Shown here: positions 1 to 9,532 of the stretch, piece after piece
Layout of the letters: every line of letters begins with the position of its first letter
Position numbering within the stretch: the stretch's first letter is position 1
Source: an uncultured Draconibacterium sp.
Lineage (GTDB): Bacteria > Bacteroidota > Bacteroidia > Bacteroidales > Prolixibacteraceae
Direction: 5' to 3'
NCBI GenBank assembly: GCA_963676265.2
Contig: OY781067.2
Coordinates: 2,459,849 to 2,523,848 of the forward strand
Length of the DNA stretch: 64,000 nucleotides
Program-made: the position numbers and the translations under genes
The notes under the pieces: generated by a model
The model's input: only the letters and a program-made list of their open reading frames with translations
Told to the model about the DNA's origin: nothing
Databases searched by the model: none

Positions 1-444
1 CTCATTGCTTAAACATTTGTAGTAAGAAAGGTCAAGTTTTTCACCGGTAACACCAGTTTGTTCAGTAACCATTTCTTCGATAGAAGTTCCATCTATCATA
101 ATAGCTTTTAAAGCCTCAAGACTTTCAACTTTGTTTTCCAGTGCTGCATTCATAATTTTTTCAGCAAAAGCGACAAAGCTTTCATTTTTAGCAACAAAGT
201 CTGTTTCACAATTCAGTACTACAATTGCACCAAATTTTCCATCCTCAGTAACTTTTGCCAAAGATACACCTTCAGCGGCATCTCTGTCTGCACGTTTGTT
301 AGCAATAAGTTTACCTTTTTCGCGGATAATTTCCAGTGCTTTGTCAAAGTCACCATCGGCTTCTTTCAGGGCATTTTTACAATCCATCATCCCTGCGCCG
401 GATACTTTACGTAATTTTACTACGTCAGCTGTTGTAAAAGACAT
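1..444 (-). CDS. tsf: Translation elongation factor Ts, N-terminal part; the C-terminus lies beyond the window start
   Basis: Absent from the ORF track because it runs off the edge. Reverse-strand translation from the ATG at 442-444 reads MSFTTADVVKLRKVSGAGMMDCKNALKEADGDFDKALEIIREKG..., the EF-Ts UBA-like N-terminus. It lies directly downstream of rpsB, as in the conserved rpsB-tsf pair. Confidence 0.9.
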   Translation of the reverse strand, partial: MSFTTADVVKLRKVSGAGMMDCKNALKEADGDFDKALEIIREKGKLIANKRADRDAAEGVSLAKVTEDGKFGAIVVLNCETDFVAKNESFVAFAEKIMNAALENKVESLEALKAIMIDGTSIEEMVTEQTGVTGEKLDLSYYKCLSNE

Positions 445-484
445 GTTAAATCTCTTTTATTGTTTATATAAATTCTAACCTTAA

Positions 485-1246
485 TTATTCTTCCGAATCG
501 TCATCTGCGTCAGCTTCTTCTTTAGGAGCATCAACAGTGTCATCTTTTTCCTTTTCAATTTTGCGCTCATTCAATCCTTCGCCAATAGCATCGCACATAG
601 CACCTACAATTAAACGGATTGACTGTGAAGCATCGTCATTGGCAGGAATTACAAAATCAACATCATCCGGATTTGAATTGGTATCAACAATTGCAAAAAC
701 AGGAATTCCCAGTTTTTGAGCTTCGCGAACAGCGATTTTTTCCTTCAATACGTCAACTACAAATAATGCAGCAGGTAAACGGGTAAGATCGGCAATTGAA
801 CCTAATACCTTTTCCAATTTGGCACGTTGCCTTGTAATTTGTAATTTCTCTCTTTTCGAAAGGTTATCCCAACTAGTATCTTTCATCATTTTATCGATGG
901 AGATCATTTTTTTAACCGCTTTACGGATTGTTGGGAAATTGGTAAGCATACCTCCAGGCCAACGTTCAGTTACATAAGGCATTCCTACACCTTTAACTAA
1001 ATCGGCAACCAGTTCTTTTGCTTGTTTCTTTGTTGCTACAAATAAAATTTTACGACCTGATTTTGCAATTTGCTTGATAGCTGCAGCCGCTTCGTCGATT
1101 TTAACTACGGTTTTTTGCAGGTCGATGATGTGGATACCATTTTTTTCCATGAAGATGTAAGGCTCCATGTTTGGATTCCACTTTCTTTTCAGGTGACCAA
1201 AATGTACACCTGCATCCAATAATTCTTGAAAATTTGTTCTTGGCAT
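485..1246 (-). CDS. rpsB: 30S ribosomal protein S2
   Basis: ORF 485..1276. The likely start is the internal ATG at 1246 (MPRTNFQELLDAGVHFGHLKRKWNP...). uS2 signature with an acidic C-terminal tail. Confidence 0.95.
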   Translation of the reverse strand: MPRTNFQELLDAGVHFGHLKRKWNPNMEPYIFMEKNGIHIIDLQKTVVKIDEAAAAIKQIAKSGRKILFVATKKQAKELVADLVKGVGMPYVTERWPGGMLTNFPTIRKAVKKMISIDKMMKDTSWDNLSKREKLQITRQRAKLEKVLGSIADLTRLPAALFVVDVLKEKIAVREAQKLGIPVFAIVDTNSNPDDVDFVIPANDDASQSIRLIVGAMCDAIGEGLNERKIEKEKDDTVDAPKEEADADDDSEE

Positions 1247-1343
1247 CTGTTTACTTTTTTTATGTCCTAAAAGCAACCACTGAGTAGTCCCGTGCGAACG
1301 GAAATCTCAGCCGTTTTAGATCCATATAATTTGATAAATAATA

Positions 1344-1730
1344 TTAACGTTTTGAGAATTGGAAACGTTTCCTTGCTTTTGGTTGACCCGGCTTTTTACG
1401 TTCCACTTCGCGTGGATCCCTTGTTACGAATCCGGCTGCTTTTAACGAAGGTCTTGATTCTGCATCAATTTCCATTAAAGCGCGAGTAATTGCCAAACGC
1501 AATGCTTCAGCCTGACCTTTAGGACCACCACCATTAAGATTTGCTTTAATATCATATTTTTCAGCCACTTCCAAAAGATTTAATGGCTGTAATACAATGT
1601 ATTGTAATGTTTCTGCAGGAAAATATTCTTTTAAATCCCTTTTATTAATGGTAACATTACCTTTACCTTCGCTTACGTAAATACGAGCTACCGCTGATTT
1701 TCTACGTCCTATTGTGTTTACTACTTCCAT
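1344..1730 (-). CDS. rpsI: 30S ribosomal protein S9
   Basis: 128 aa with the C-terminal ...RDPREVERKKPGQPKARKRFQFSKR typical of uS9. Immediately downstream of rplM. Confidence 0.95.
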   Translation of the reverse strand: MEVVNTIGRRKSAVARIYVSEGKGNVTINKRDLKEYFPAETLQYIVLQPLNLLEVAEKYDIKANLNGGGPKGQAEALRLAITRALMEIDAESRPSLKAAGFVTRDPREVERKKPGQPKARKRFQFSKR

Positions 1731-2185
1731 TATTTAATCGTATTTAAATCAACAACTTTTGGTTTTTGAGCCTCATATTTGTGCTCAGCACCAACTACAA
1801 CATGTAAATTTTTGAATAATGCACGTCCCAGTTTATTTTTAGGGAGCATACCTTTTACTGCTTTCTCAACAATACGCTCAGGATATTTAGCTAAAATATC
1901 TTGAGGAGATTGAGAACGTTGTCCACCCGGGTAACCTGTGTGACGCAAATAAACTTTATCAGTCATTTTCTTACCAGTCATCACAACTTTCTCGGCATTA
2001 ATTACAATTACATTATCGCCACAATCAACATGTGGAGTAAAACTAGGCTTGTATTTACCTCTTAACATTTTGGCTACTTTTGAAGCCAAACGCCCCAAAA
2101 CCATGTTTTCAGCATCAATAACCACCCATTCTTTGTTAACGGTAGTTTTGTTCGCCGAAACTGTTTTATAACTAAGTGTGTCCAC
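1730..2185 (-). CDS. rplM: 50S ribosomal protein L13
   Basis: 151 aa, GTG start, [41 protein letters not shown] motif. Overlaps the rpsI start by 1 nt. Confidence 0.95.
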   Translation of the reverse strand: MDTLSYKTVSANKTTVNKEWVVIDAENMVLGRLASKVAKMLRGKYKPSFTPHVDCGDNVIVINAEKVVMTGKKMTDKVYLRHTGYPGGQRSQSPQDILAKYPERIVEKAVKGMLPKNKLGRALFKNLHVVVGAEHKYEAQKPKVVDLNTIK

Positions 2186-2330
2186 TTTTTTAATTTTTTA
2201 TTGTTTAAACACTTCTGATTTTACTCTTCGTCGCATTTTTTGTCTCAACGGAATTTTTTCGACAAACTGCTTTACTCTAAGAAAATCAACTATTTACACT
2301 CCTTATTACTAAGGATAATAATCGGGACTG

Positions 2331-2361
2331 CAAAAGTATTTTCTTTTTTCGTAATTCCAAA
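2331..2361 (-). promoter_or_regulatory. Bacteroidota-type promoter for rplM-rpsI (-7 TACTTTTG, -33 TTTG)
   Basis: On the minus strand, 2338-2331 reads TACTTTTG (TAnnTTTG consensus) and 2361-2358 reads TTTG, with a 19-nt spacer. It lies about 145 nt upstream of the rplM GTG. Confidence 0.5.
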
Positions 2362-2576
2362 GAAATAACCATCAAAAATTCAATTAGTTAAAGGCTTTTT
2401 AACCGAGACATTACATATATTTTATTTTCACAACACAAATAACTGATTACAAGAAAATTAGCAAAAACATCATTACTATTGCATTGTTAACAAAGTAATG
2501 TATATAAGTACAATAATATTGGCTTACAAAGGTTTAAAAAATATTTACATTTGCTTTTGATTGATATTTGGCTCGC

Positions 2577-3455
2577 ATGAAAAAATCGCATCCTAAGAAA
2601 ATTAAAAAACGTTTTCTCAACTCCTGGATAACATCGTTAATAAATATTTCACTTGTACTTATTTTATTAGGGATGTTGAGCCTGGTTCTTTTAAATGCCC
2701 GCCAACTATCGGAATACGTGCGAGAAAAAATTGGCTTCACTCTGGTGTTAAACGACAATTTAAAAGACGTTGAAATAATACGAATGCAAAAAGTTTTAAG
2801 TGCCAGTGAGCATGTAAAATCAGTTCGTTTTATCGACAAAGAAACAGCAGCCAGAGAATTAACCGAACAACTGGGTGAAGATTTTGAAGGCTTTCTTGGA
2901 TTTAATCCACTCTTTGCTTCGTTGGATGTCAAACTGTTCGCCCCATACACTGAACCGGACAGCCTTGTTATGCTTGAACAAAAATTCCTCGCTTACCCAC
3001 AGATAGCGGAAGTATATTATCAAAAAAACCTGGTAACATTAATTAACCAGAATGTAAAAAAAATAAGCGCAGCTATTCTTATCATCAGTGCACTTCTTAC
3101 CTTTATCTTTTTCGGATTAATAAACAACACCATACGCGTTCTGATTTATTCTCAGCGTTTTACAATAAATACAATGCAAATGGTAGGTGCCAGCCGAACC
3201 TATATCCGCAAACCATTTTTACTCAGAAGTATATTTCTGGGCACCTACGGTGCATTAATTGCCAACATGGTTTTAATAGCCGGAATTTATTCTTACAAAA
3301 AAGAACTTCAGGGATTAATCAACAACAGCGACCTTAGTACAACCATAATAACAATAGTAATTGTATTCGTATTGGGGCTGATTATTTCATTTATATCAAC
3401 GTGGTTTGCCATTAACAAATTCCTCCGTTTGAAATTTGATGAATTGTTTTATTAA
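2577..3455 (+). CDS. ftsX: Cell division protein FtsX-like permease
   Basis: ORF 2568..3455 has a TTG first codon; the ATG at 2577 is more likely. N-terminal TM, periplasmic loop and three C-terminal TM helices. Part of the conserved ftsX-DUF3098-uppP arrangement of Bacteroidota. Confidence 0.75.
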   Translation: MKKSHPKKIKKRFLNSWITSLINISLVLILLGMLSLVLLNARQLSEYVREKIGFTLVLNDNLKDVEIIRMQKVLSASEHVKSVRFIDKETAARELTEQLGEDFEGFLGFNPLFASLDVKLFAPYTEPDSLVMLEQKFLAYPQIAEVYYQKNLVTLINQNVKKISAAILIISALLTFIFFGLINNTIRVLIYSQRFTINTMQMVGASRTYIRKPFLLRSIFLGTYGALIANMVLIAGIYSYKKELQGLINNSDLSTTIITIVIVFVLGLIISFISTWFAINKFLRLKFDELFY

Positions 3456-3484
3456 TTATCTTTACCCCTCCAATTTAAACAACA

Positions 3485-3751
3485 ATGGCGAAAAAAGTTA
3501 AAGAAACAAAGGAAGTTAAGACAAATACCGGATTTGCTCTTGATAAAGAAAATTATAAACTCATGGCAATTGGTTTTGCTGTTATTATACTTGGTTTCAT
3601 TTTGTTAGCAGGTGGTGGAAGCGACGATCCCAATGTTTTCAGCGAAGATATTTTCAATTTTCGCAGGCTAACTATCGCACCACTAATTTTATTAATAGGT
3701 TTTGCATTTGAGATATACGCCATAATGAAAAAACCAAAAGAAAATAAATAA
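3485..3751 (+). CDS. Small two-TM membrane protein (DUF3098-like)
   Basis: 88 aa with two hydrophobic helices. The position between ftsX and uppP matches the DUF3098 family context. No motif was verified. Confidence 0.5.
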   Translation: MAKKVKETKEVKTNTGFALDKENYKLMAIGFAVIILGFILLAGGGSDDPNVFSEDIFNFRRLTIAPLILLIGFAFEIYAIMKKPKENK

Positions 3752-3762
3752 TCCGGAATAAT

Positions 3763-4545
3763 ATGGATTCACTCCAAGCACTTCTTCTCGGAATTATTCA
3801 AGGTCTTACAGAATTTTTACCGGTTAGCTCAAGCGGCCACCTCGAAATTGGTCATGCCTTATTAGGAATTGAAGGCCAAAACAATATTATTTTCGATTTG
3901 GTGGTACATGGTGCTACCGTACTAAGTACACTGGTTGTATTCAGAGCCGAAATAGCCAGTCTCATTTTGGATGTATTTAAATTCCAGTGGAACGAATCAA
4001 CCCAATATGTCAGCAAGCTTTTAATTTCGGCAATACCGGTTGGTTTGGCCGGCGTGTTGTTTCAGGATGAAATTGAAGCATTTTTCTCGGGCAACCTTAT
4101 TTTAGTAGGGAGCATGCTATTAATAACAGCCACCCTCCTCACCTTTGCATATTACATGCGTCACGGAAAACGAAAAATTGGCTACCTCGATGCTTTTGTA
4201 ATAGGGATTGCACAAATGTTAGCTGTTATGCCGGGTATTTCACGTAGTGGATCAACCATAGCTACAGGCATGCTACTGGGAAACGACAAAAACAATTTGG
4301 CCAAGTTTTCATTTTTAATGGTGATTATTCCGATTCTTGGAGCCAACTTATTAAAAATTGTTTCGGGCGACATATCGGCTACCGGCAGTGTGGAAGCCAT
4401 TCCATTATTAGTGGGTTTTGTTGCTGCATTTGTGTCAGGGCTACTGGCCTGTTCCTGGATGATTAAAATTGTAAAACGCGGAAAACTAATTTATTTTGCC
4501 ATTTATTGCGCTCTTATTGGGCTAATTGCTATCTTTGCAGCCTGA
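3763..4545 (+). CDS. uppP: Undecaprenyl-diphosphate phosphatase
   Basis: GIIQGLTEFLPVSSSGHL and PGISRSGSTI motifs of the BacA/UppP family; polytopic membrane protein of 260 aa. Confidence 0.95.
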   Translation: MDSLQALLLGIIQGLTEFLPVSSSGHLEIGHALLGIEGQNNIIFDLVVHGATVLSTLVVFRAEIASLILDVFKFQWNESTQYVSKLLISAIPVGLAGVLFQDEIEAFFSGNLILVGSMLLITATLLTFAYYMRHGKRKIGYLDAFVIGIAQMLAVMPGISRSGSTIATGMLLGNDKNNLAKFSFLMVIIPILGANLLKIVSGDISATGSVEAIPLLVGFVAAFVSGLLACSWMIKIVKRGKLIYFAIYCALIGLIAIFAA

Positions 4546-4589
4546 TTTTTCAGAAAAATTCTTAATCTTCTGAATGATAGAAGTTTACA

Positions 4590-5303
4590 ATGCCCGAGTT
4601 CAAAAAGAAATACGATTTTATCGGAGGAGAAGTACTCCTCTTCGATAAGGATTTGGAGTGGACGTCGTTTGATGTGGTCAATCGCGTTCGTTACATTCTC
4701 TGCAGAAAGCTGGGTATTAAAAAGTTAAAAGTTGGTCATGCCGGCACTCTCGATCCTCTGGCAACAGGGCTGGTTCTTTTGTGCACAGGCAAGGCAACAA
4801 AGAAAATAGAGGAACTGCAACTGGGTGAGAAAGAATACATTGCAACTCTAAAACTTGGAGCGACAACTCCATCATTCGATCTGGAAACAGAAGAAGACAA
4901 TACGTACGATTTCTCGCATGTAACACGTGAAATGGTGGAAGATGCAGTTAAAAGATTTATTGGAGAAATCGATCAGGTACCTCCTGTTTTTTCTGCGGTA
5001 AAAATTAAAGGCAAACGTGCTTTCGATTATGCTAGAAATGGAGAAGAAGTTAAACTAAAAGCGAAACGAATTGTTATCCGAATGATTACAATTGAAGAGT
5101 TTAACTTACCGGAATTAAAATTAAAAGTAGTTTGTGGGAAAGGTACATACATACGTTCACTGGCCCGCGATATTGGAAAAGAACTTAATTGCGGAGCTTA
5201 TTTAACCGCTTTAAAGCGAACAAGAATTGGCTCATATAGTTTGGACGATGCTTTTAAAGTGAACTTTTTTTTAGAAAATTTAAATTTTGATGAAACTAAT
5301 TGA
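4590..5303 (+). CDS. truB: tRNA pseudouridine(55) synthase
   Basis: KVGHAGTLDPLATGLVLLCTG catalytic Asp motif; 237 aa. Confidence 0.95.
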   Translation: MPEFKKKYDFIGGEVLLFDKDLEWTSFDVVNRVRYILCRKLGIKKLKVGHAGTLDPLATGLVLLCTGKATKKIEELQLGEKEYIATLKLGATTPSFDLETEEDNTYDFSHVTREMVEDAVKRFIGEIDQVPPVFSAVKIKGKRAFDYARNGEEVKLKAKRIVIRMITIEEFNLPELKLKVVCGKGTYIRSLARDIGKELNCGAYLTALKRTRIGSYSLDDAFKVNFFLENLNFDETN

Positions 5304-5483
5304 AAATTTCGCCGTATATCGGGATTCCTGATAAAAAAACCGGGAATCTATATTACTTTTGTCAATTACTTAAAAAATAAAGACTTATAAAAAATCATAG
5401 CGCGCCTGGAATATTTAAGGCAGTTTTTTTGTCAGTCGCAGACAAAAACTCAGATACAAATAAAAAATTAAAAATATAAACGA

Positions 5484-6533
5484 ATGAAATTATCAAGATT
5501 CAAGTACGATTTAGATCCTGAAAGAATTGCTTTGCATCCTACCGACAACAGAGATGAATCGAAGTTAATGGTGTTGAATAAAGCAAATCGAACAATAGAG
5601 CACAAATTATTTAAAGACCTGCTTGATTATTTTGATGATAAAGACGTAATGGTTTTTAACGACACTAAGGTTTTTCCTGCACGCCTATATGGAAACAAGG
5701 AAAAAACAGGTGCAGAAATTGAGGTATTCCTTTTACGCGAATTGAACCGCGAACAAAGATTGTGGGATGTTTTGGTTGATCCGGCAAGAAAAATACGTAT
5801 TGGAAACAAATTATATTTTGGAGACGACGATCTTTTAGTTGCAGAGGTAATTGACAATACAACTTCGCGCGGTCGTACTTTGCGTTTTCTTTTCGACGGA
5901 CCATACGACGAATTCAAAAAGACGCTTTATGGTTTGGGAGAAACACCACTTCCAAAATTCATAAACCGCCCGGTACAACCTGAGGACAAAGACCGTTACC
6001 AAACCATTTTCGCAAAACACGAGGGCGCTGTAGCAGCACCAACCGCAGGATTACATTTCAGTCGTGAACTTTTAAAAAGACTTGAAATCAGAGGCGTTGA
6101 TTTTTCTTACGTTACATTGCATGTAGGTTTAGGAAACTTCCGAAGTGTTGATGTTGAAGACTTAACCAAACACAAAATGGATTCAGAGCAAATCTGGATT
6201 AAAGAGGAAGCCTGCGAAATGGTGAACAATGCCAAACAAAACAAAAAGAATGTTTGCGCTGTTGGAACAACAGTTATGAGAACCCTTGAGAGCTCAGTTT
6301 CCACACAAGGTTTCTTAAAACCATTCGAAGGCTGGACAAATAAATTTATTTTCCCTCCATACGAATTTAGTGTGGCCAATTCTATGATCACTAATTTTCA
6401 TTTACCATACTCAACATTGTTAATGATGGTTGCTGCATTTGGTGGTTACGATTTTGTTATGGAAGCATACCAGGAAGCAATAAAAAACAATTACCGTTTT
6501 GGAACTTATGGAGATGCGATGCTGATTATTTAA
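5484..6533 (+). CDS. queA: S-adenosylmethionine:tRNA ribosyltransferase-isomerase
   Basis: 349 aa. [20 protein letters not shown]-terminus and [17 protein letters not shown] motif typical of QueA. Confidence 0.95.
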   Translation: MKLSRFKYDLDPERIALHPTDNRDESKLMVLNKANRTIEHKLFKDLLDYFDDKDVMVFNDTKVFPARLYGNKEKTGAEIEVFLLRELNREQRLWDVLVDPARKIRIGNKLYFGDDDLLVAEVIDNTTSRGRTLRFLFDGPYDEFKKTLYGLGETPLPKFINRPVQPEDKDRYQTIFAKHEGAVAAPTAGLHFSRELLKRLEIRGVDFSYVTLHVGLGNFRSVDVEDLTKHKMDSEQIWIKEEACEMVNNAKQNKKNVCAVGTTVMRTLESSVSTQGFLKPFEGWTNKFIFPPYEFSVANSMITNFHLPYSTLLMMVAAFGGYDFVMEAYQEAIKNNYRFGTYGDAMLII

Positions 6534-6555
6534 AAGCTATTTTGATTCAATAATA

Positions 6556-6590
6556 AAAAGCCTCATTAGAATATGTCTAATGAGGCTTTT
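6556..6590. terminator. Bidirectional intrinsic terminator between convergent queA and the 928-aa gene
   Basis: AAAAGCCTCATTAG (6556-6569) / CTAATGAGGCTTTT (6577-6590), a 14-bp stem with a 7-nt loop and A/T runs on both sides. Confidence 0.85.
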
Positions 6591-6598
6591 CTTTTACC

Positions 6599-9385
6599 TT
6601 ATTCCAGGGTGTAACTAAGTAATTCTCCATTCTTACTACCCACTAACAGACTTAGATTCTGGTTATTTATGCTACCAATACTAAATTCGCTATTGCCCTT
6701 TAAAGGGAAACCGGCATGCAGTTTACCATTTGGTGCATACAAATAGATTTCATTTTCTTTTACATCAGTTACACCAATTTCTTTCTGCTTAGCTGAAAAC
6801 GAATACAGATTTGCCCCAAAATCCAAAGAATGGTCAAACTTATTTGAAAATAGCTTTTTACCGTTTTCATTCATTACTGTCATCTCATTTCCATCGGTAA
6901 ATACAAAATCAGTAATACCATTCCCGTCTAAATCAGAAGCAGTAAAGAAATGATCTTTACTAAAATGTCCTGTATTTTTTTCGGCATATTTCCCGTCGAA
7001 ATACAAATAATACACTTTCCCGTTTTTATCGCTCACTACCATTTTAGGTGTATTATTCATGTCCAAGATTACGGCATTTTTAGAGGGTTCAAAACTGACT
7101 GAAGGATTAACCCTGGTTTCACCTCTTCGATTTTGGATATAAACTTTTTTATCGTCTTTAAAAACAATGTAGTCTTTGTTATCTACCCTGAAATGCTGTA
7201 CAGGAGTCGTAACTACACCATTTGTTTGCCCAAACTTCCATCCCGTAATTATTTTCCCTTCGTGATCATAAGCATACACTTTGCGATTTTCGCAAGCCAC
7301 AAAATAACGGTATTTACGGTTATTGTCGTAATCAAAAACATTAATCCCATTGGTGGCGGGCGATTTGAATACAATGGGAAAATTAGCCACAAATTTTCCG
7401 TCCCTGTCTAATAAATACAATTTCTCTTTTGTGTTAAAAAGGTATTGAAGTTTACCATTGCGGTAATAATCTATCTGGTGAATCTCCCCCAGAATCTTCC
7501 CATTAATAGGGGCACTCCAAATAATTTTTCCATCGGCTCCAACAAGGTGAAGTTTGTTGTTATTATCCTGGACAACAACTTCATTCTCAGTCTTATTCCC
7601 GTGGTTTATTACAATTTGTGGTTTAGAACTGATTTCAGCCCCCAGATTAACACTCCAGCTAGAACGAGCATCTGATTTCGGACGAGAACTAAAACTTAGA
7701 TTAATCGAGTTAAAAAAGATATCCTTCTCGCAAAGCACCTGCCAGCTTAAAGCACCAAATTTCCGAAATATCTCCTGATTCTCCTCAAACCCTTTTGCAA
7801 TCTCAGAATTAAACAAAACTTCGTTAAACGAATACCCCTGGTTAATATTTAAATAAACACTAAGGTTTGCTGCATTTTCAATGGATTGTTTAAAACGCGA
7901 ATAATTCAGATCGTTTTTTAATGTATTTCCACTCTCCAGATCATTTACGTATTGTTCGAGTGCGCTCTCTGAACTGGCAAAAACCAAATGATTATCATGG
8001 AACGCAGCATAATTGGCCTCAACAAAACTATACATTTTGCCTAACCAGATTCCGGGCAATGAAGGATAAGGAAACCTGTACACGCGGACAGTTTTACCCT
8101 CCCGGGTTTTAAAATCCGAGGTTAGTGTTTCCACCTCAATTTTTTTACTCCCTGCATAGTTTTGCAATAAACTTTCAAACTGTTGCCTGTTTTCATTTCG
8201 CGAATCATTATTTACAATAAACAAGCTTGTAGCTTTGCTGTTATCGCCGGGAGGTGTGGTTATTGCAGCAATTACATGATTCTTTACCAAATTCTTTAGG
8301 ATATTCCGGCTTCCCTTTCCGAACCTTTTTTCTATCTCCTTCATATGCGCCTCTCTTGAAAAGTAAGAGTTTGAAAGCACAAAATATTGTTCCAGGTTCT
8401 GGTAAAACAAATCCTTGTCAGAAAATGTAAATCCGGCGAAAAAGCTGGTATTCCGAGGAAGCATTCTATCGGCCTGACAATTAACCGGATCCTGTCCGTT
8501 AAAAACAGAGAGGAAATGATTTAATGAATCATCGGCTACGGTTATACCGTTCAAAGAAATAAGGTCTTCTTTCAAGGTCAAATCGAGCTCTGTCCAGCTG
8601 GCGTAATTTCGGATTCCCCGTACATCTCGTTTCAAATTTGTTTTTACGGTTTCGCCAAACTCGTTTTCAGCAGATTCTGTTTTTGGATTCAGATAATTAG
8701 CCCAAAGTTCAGGGAAACGGTTGTGATTAATATACCAGGCAAAATCAGATTGAGAGGTTACAGTTTTATTTACCTGACTAAATGAGTGAACATCTGTTAA
8801 ATTCTGTGCACTCAGCTGGCGTATACTTTTTTCAACCAGAATGGGTTCAGGACTAAGTATTAACAGGCCGGAAACCGCACAATAATGAATCTCCTTTTTA
8901 TTTTCGGTTAAAACCACATCAACAATCCTGTGCCCATCGTATTTTCTATTCTGAAATGAAGTGACCGGAACTCCCAGCACCTTGGAAAGCAGTTTCTCGA
9001 AACCTTTCAACTCATCAGCAGTTCTGAGCTCAGTTATAAGTAAAGGACTCAATACATTTTCACCAATGAAATCAAAGGCAAGTAAAAATGGCTTCTTTGC
9101 CAGTTGGTTTTGAATTTCCTTGTCTCCTTTAATGGAAGAATCAATTTCTTTGATTTCTTCTAATATCCACCCAAAATCTTTAATCCCAGCCAGTTCTTTA
9201 AGTACCGGATTTTCGACAGGGATTGATCGAATCGAACTTATCTCAACAAAAGCAGGCGCCGACAATGGCACTGCCTTGTATAATGAAGTTTCTTTCGAAA
9301 ACACCACCTGGTCTTTGGTAAAATATATATATCCTGCAATTGCAGTTAACAAAACAACAAGAATAATTATGAGGTTCCGCTTCAT
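6599..9385 (-). CDS. Large N-terminally anchored protein of unknown function with a C-terminal beta-propeller/FG-GAP-like repeat region
   Basis: 928 aa. Single N-terminal TM (LIIILVVLLTAIAGYIYF). The C-terminal third has repeated G-K/hydrophobic strands and a DLDGNGITDFVF calcium-binding-like FG-GAP motif. No catalytic motif recognised. Confidence 0.6.
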   Translation of the reverse strand: MKRNLIIILVVLLTAIAGYIYFTKDQVVFSKETSLYKAVPLSAPAFVEISSIRSIPVENPVLKELAGIKDFGWILEEIKEIDSSIKGDKEIQNQLAKKPFLLAFDFIGENVLSPLLITELRTADELKGFEKLLSKVLGVPVTSFQNRKYDGHRIVDVVLTENKKEIHYCAVSGLLILSPEPILVEKSIRQLSAQNLTDVHSFSQVNKTVTSQSDFAWYINHNRFPELWANYLNPKTESAENEFGETVKTNLKRDVRGIRNYASWTELDLTLKEDLISLNGITVADDSLNHFLSVFNGQDPVNCQADRMLPRNTSFFAGFTFSDKDLFYQNLEQYFVLSNSYFSREAHMKEIEKRFGKGSRNILKNLVKNHVIAAITTPPGDNSKATSLFIVNNDSRNENRQQFESLLQNYAGSKKIEVETLTSDFKTREGKTVRVYRFPYPSLPGIWLGKMYSFVEANYAAFHDNHLVFASSESALEQYVNDLESGNTLKNDLNYSRFKQSIENAANLSVYLNINQGYSFNEVLFNSEIAKGFEENQEIFRKFGALSWQVLCEKDIFFNSINLSFSSRPKSDARSSWSVNLGAEISSKPQIVINHGNKTENEVVVQDNNNKLHLVGADGKIIWSAPINGKILGEIHQIDYYRNGKLQYLFNTKEKLYLLDRDGKFVANFPIVFKSPATNGINVFDYDNNRKYRYFVACENRKVYAYDHEGKIITGWKFGQTNGVVTTPVQHFRVDNKDYIVFKDDKKVYIQNRRGETRVNPSVSFEPSKNAVILDMNNTPKMVVSDKNGKVYYLYFDGKYAEKNTGHFSKDHFFTASDLDGNGITDFVFTDGNEMTVMNENGKKLFSNKFDHSLDFGANLYSFSAKQKEIGVTDVKENEIYLYAPNGKLHAGFPLKGNSEFSIGSINNQNLSLLVGSKNGELLSYTLE

Positions 9386-9485
9386 TTTTATCTCTTTTTA
9401 TCAAAAGTAGTAATTAGCTAACGCTAAAAGAGGTCTTTTTCTTTTATATAATGAAAAGTTGATTGTTAATAAGTTAGGAGTCAAC

Positions 9486-9511
9486 AAAAAAGGCCGGAAA
9501 AACCCGGCCTT
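9486..9511 (-). terminator. Intrinsic terminator after infB
   Basis: The minus-strand RNA has AAGGCCGG / CCGGCCTT (8-bp stem, 6-nt loop) followed by UUUUUU. It starts about 22 nt after the infB stop. Confidence 0.85.
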
Positions 9512-9532
9512 CATATCTTCATTTTAAATATT

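Noticed and set aside
131-478. 115-aa + strand ORF at the window start
   Set aside because: It lies antisense to a clear EF-Ts coding sequence (tsf, minus strand, 1..444). It has low-complexity S/A/F composition typical of shadow ORFs.
5426-5448. A/T hairpin TTTTTGTC-AGTCGCA-GACAAAAA upstream of queA as a regulatory element
   Set aside because: It is a single weak A/T-rich 8-bp stem with no T-run, no partner motif and no recurrence in the window.
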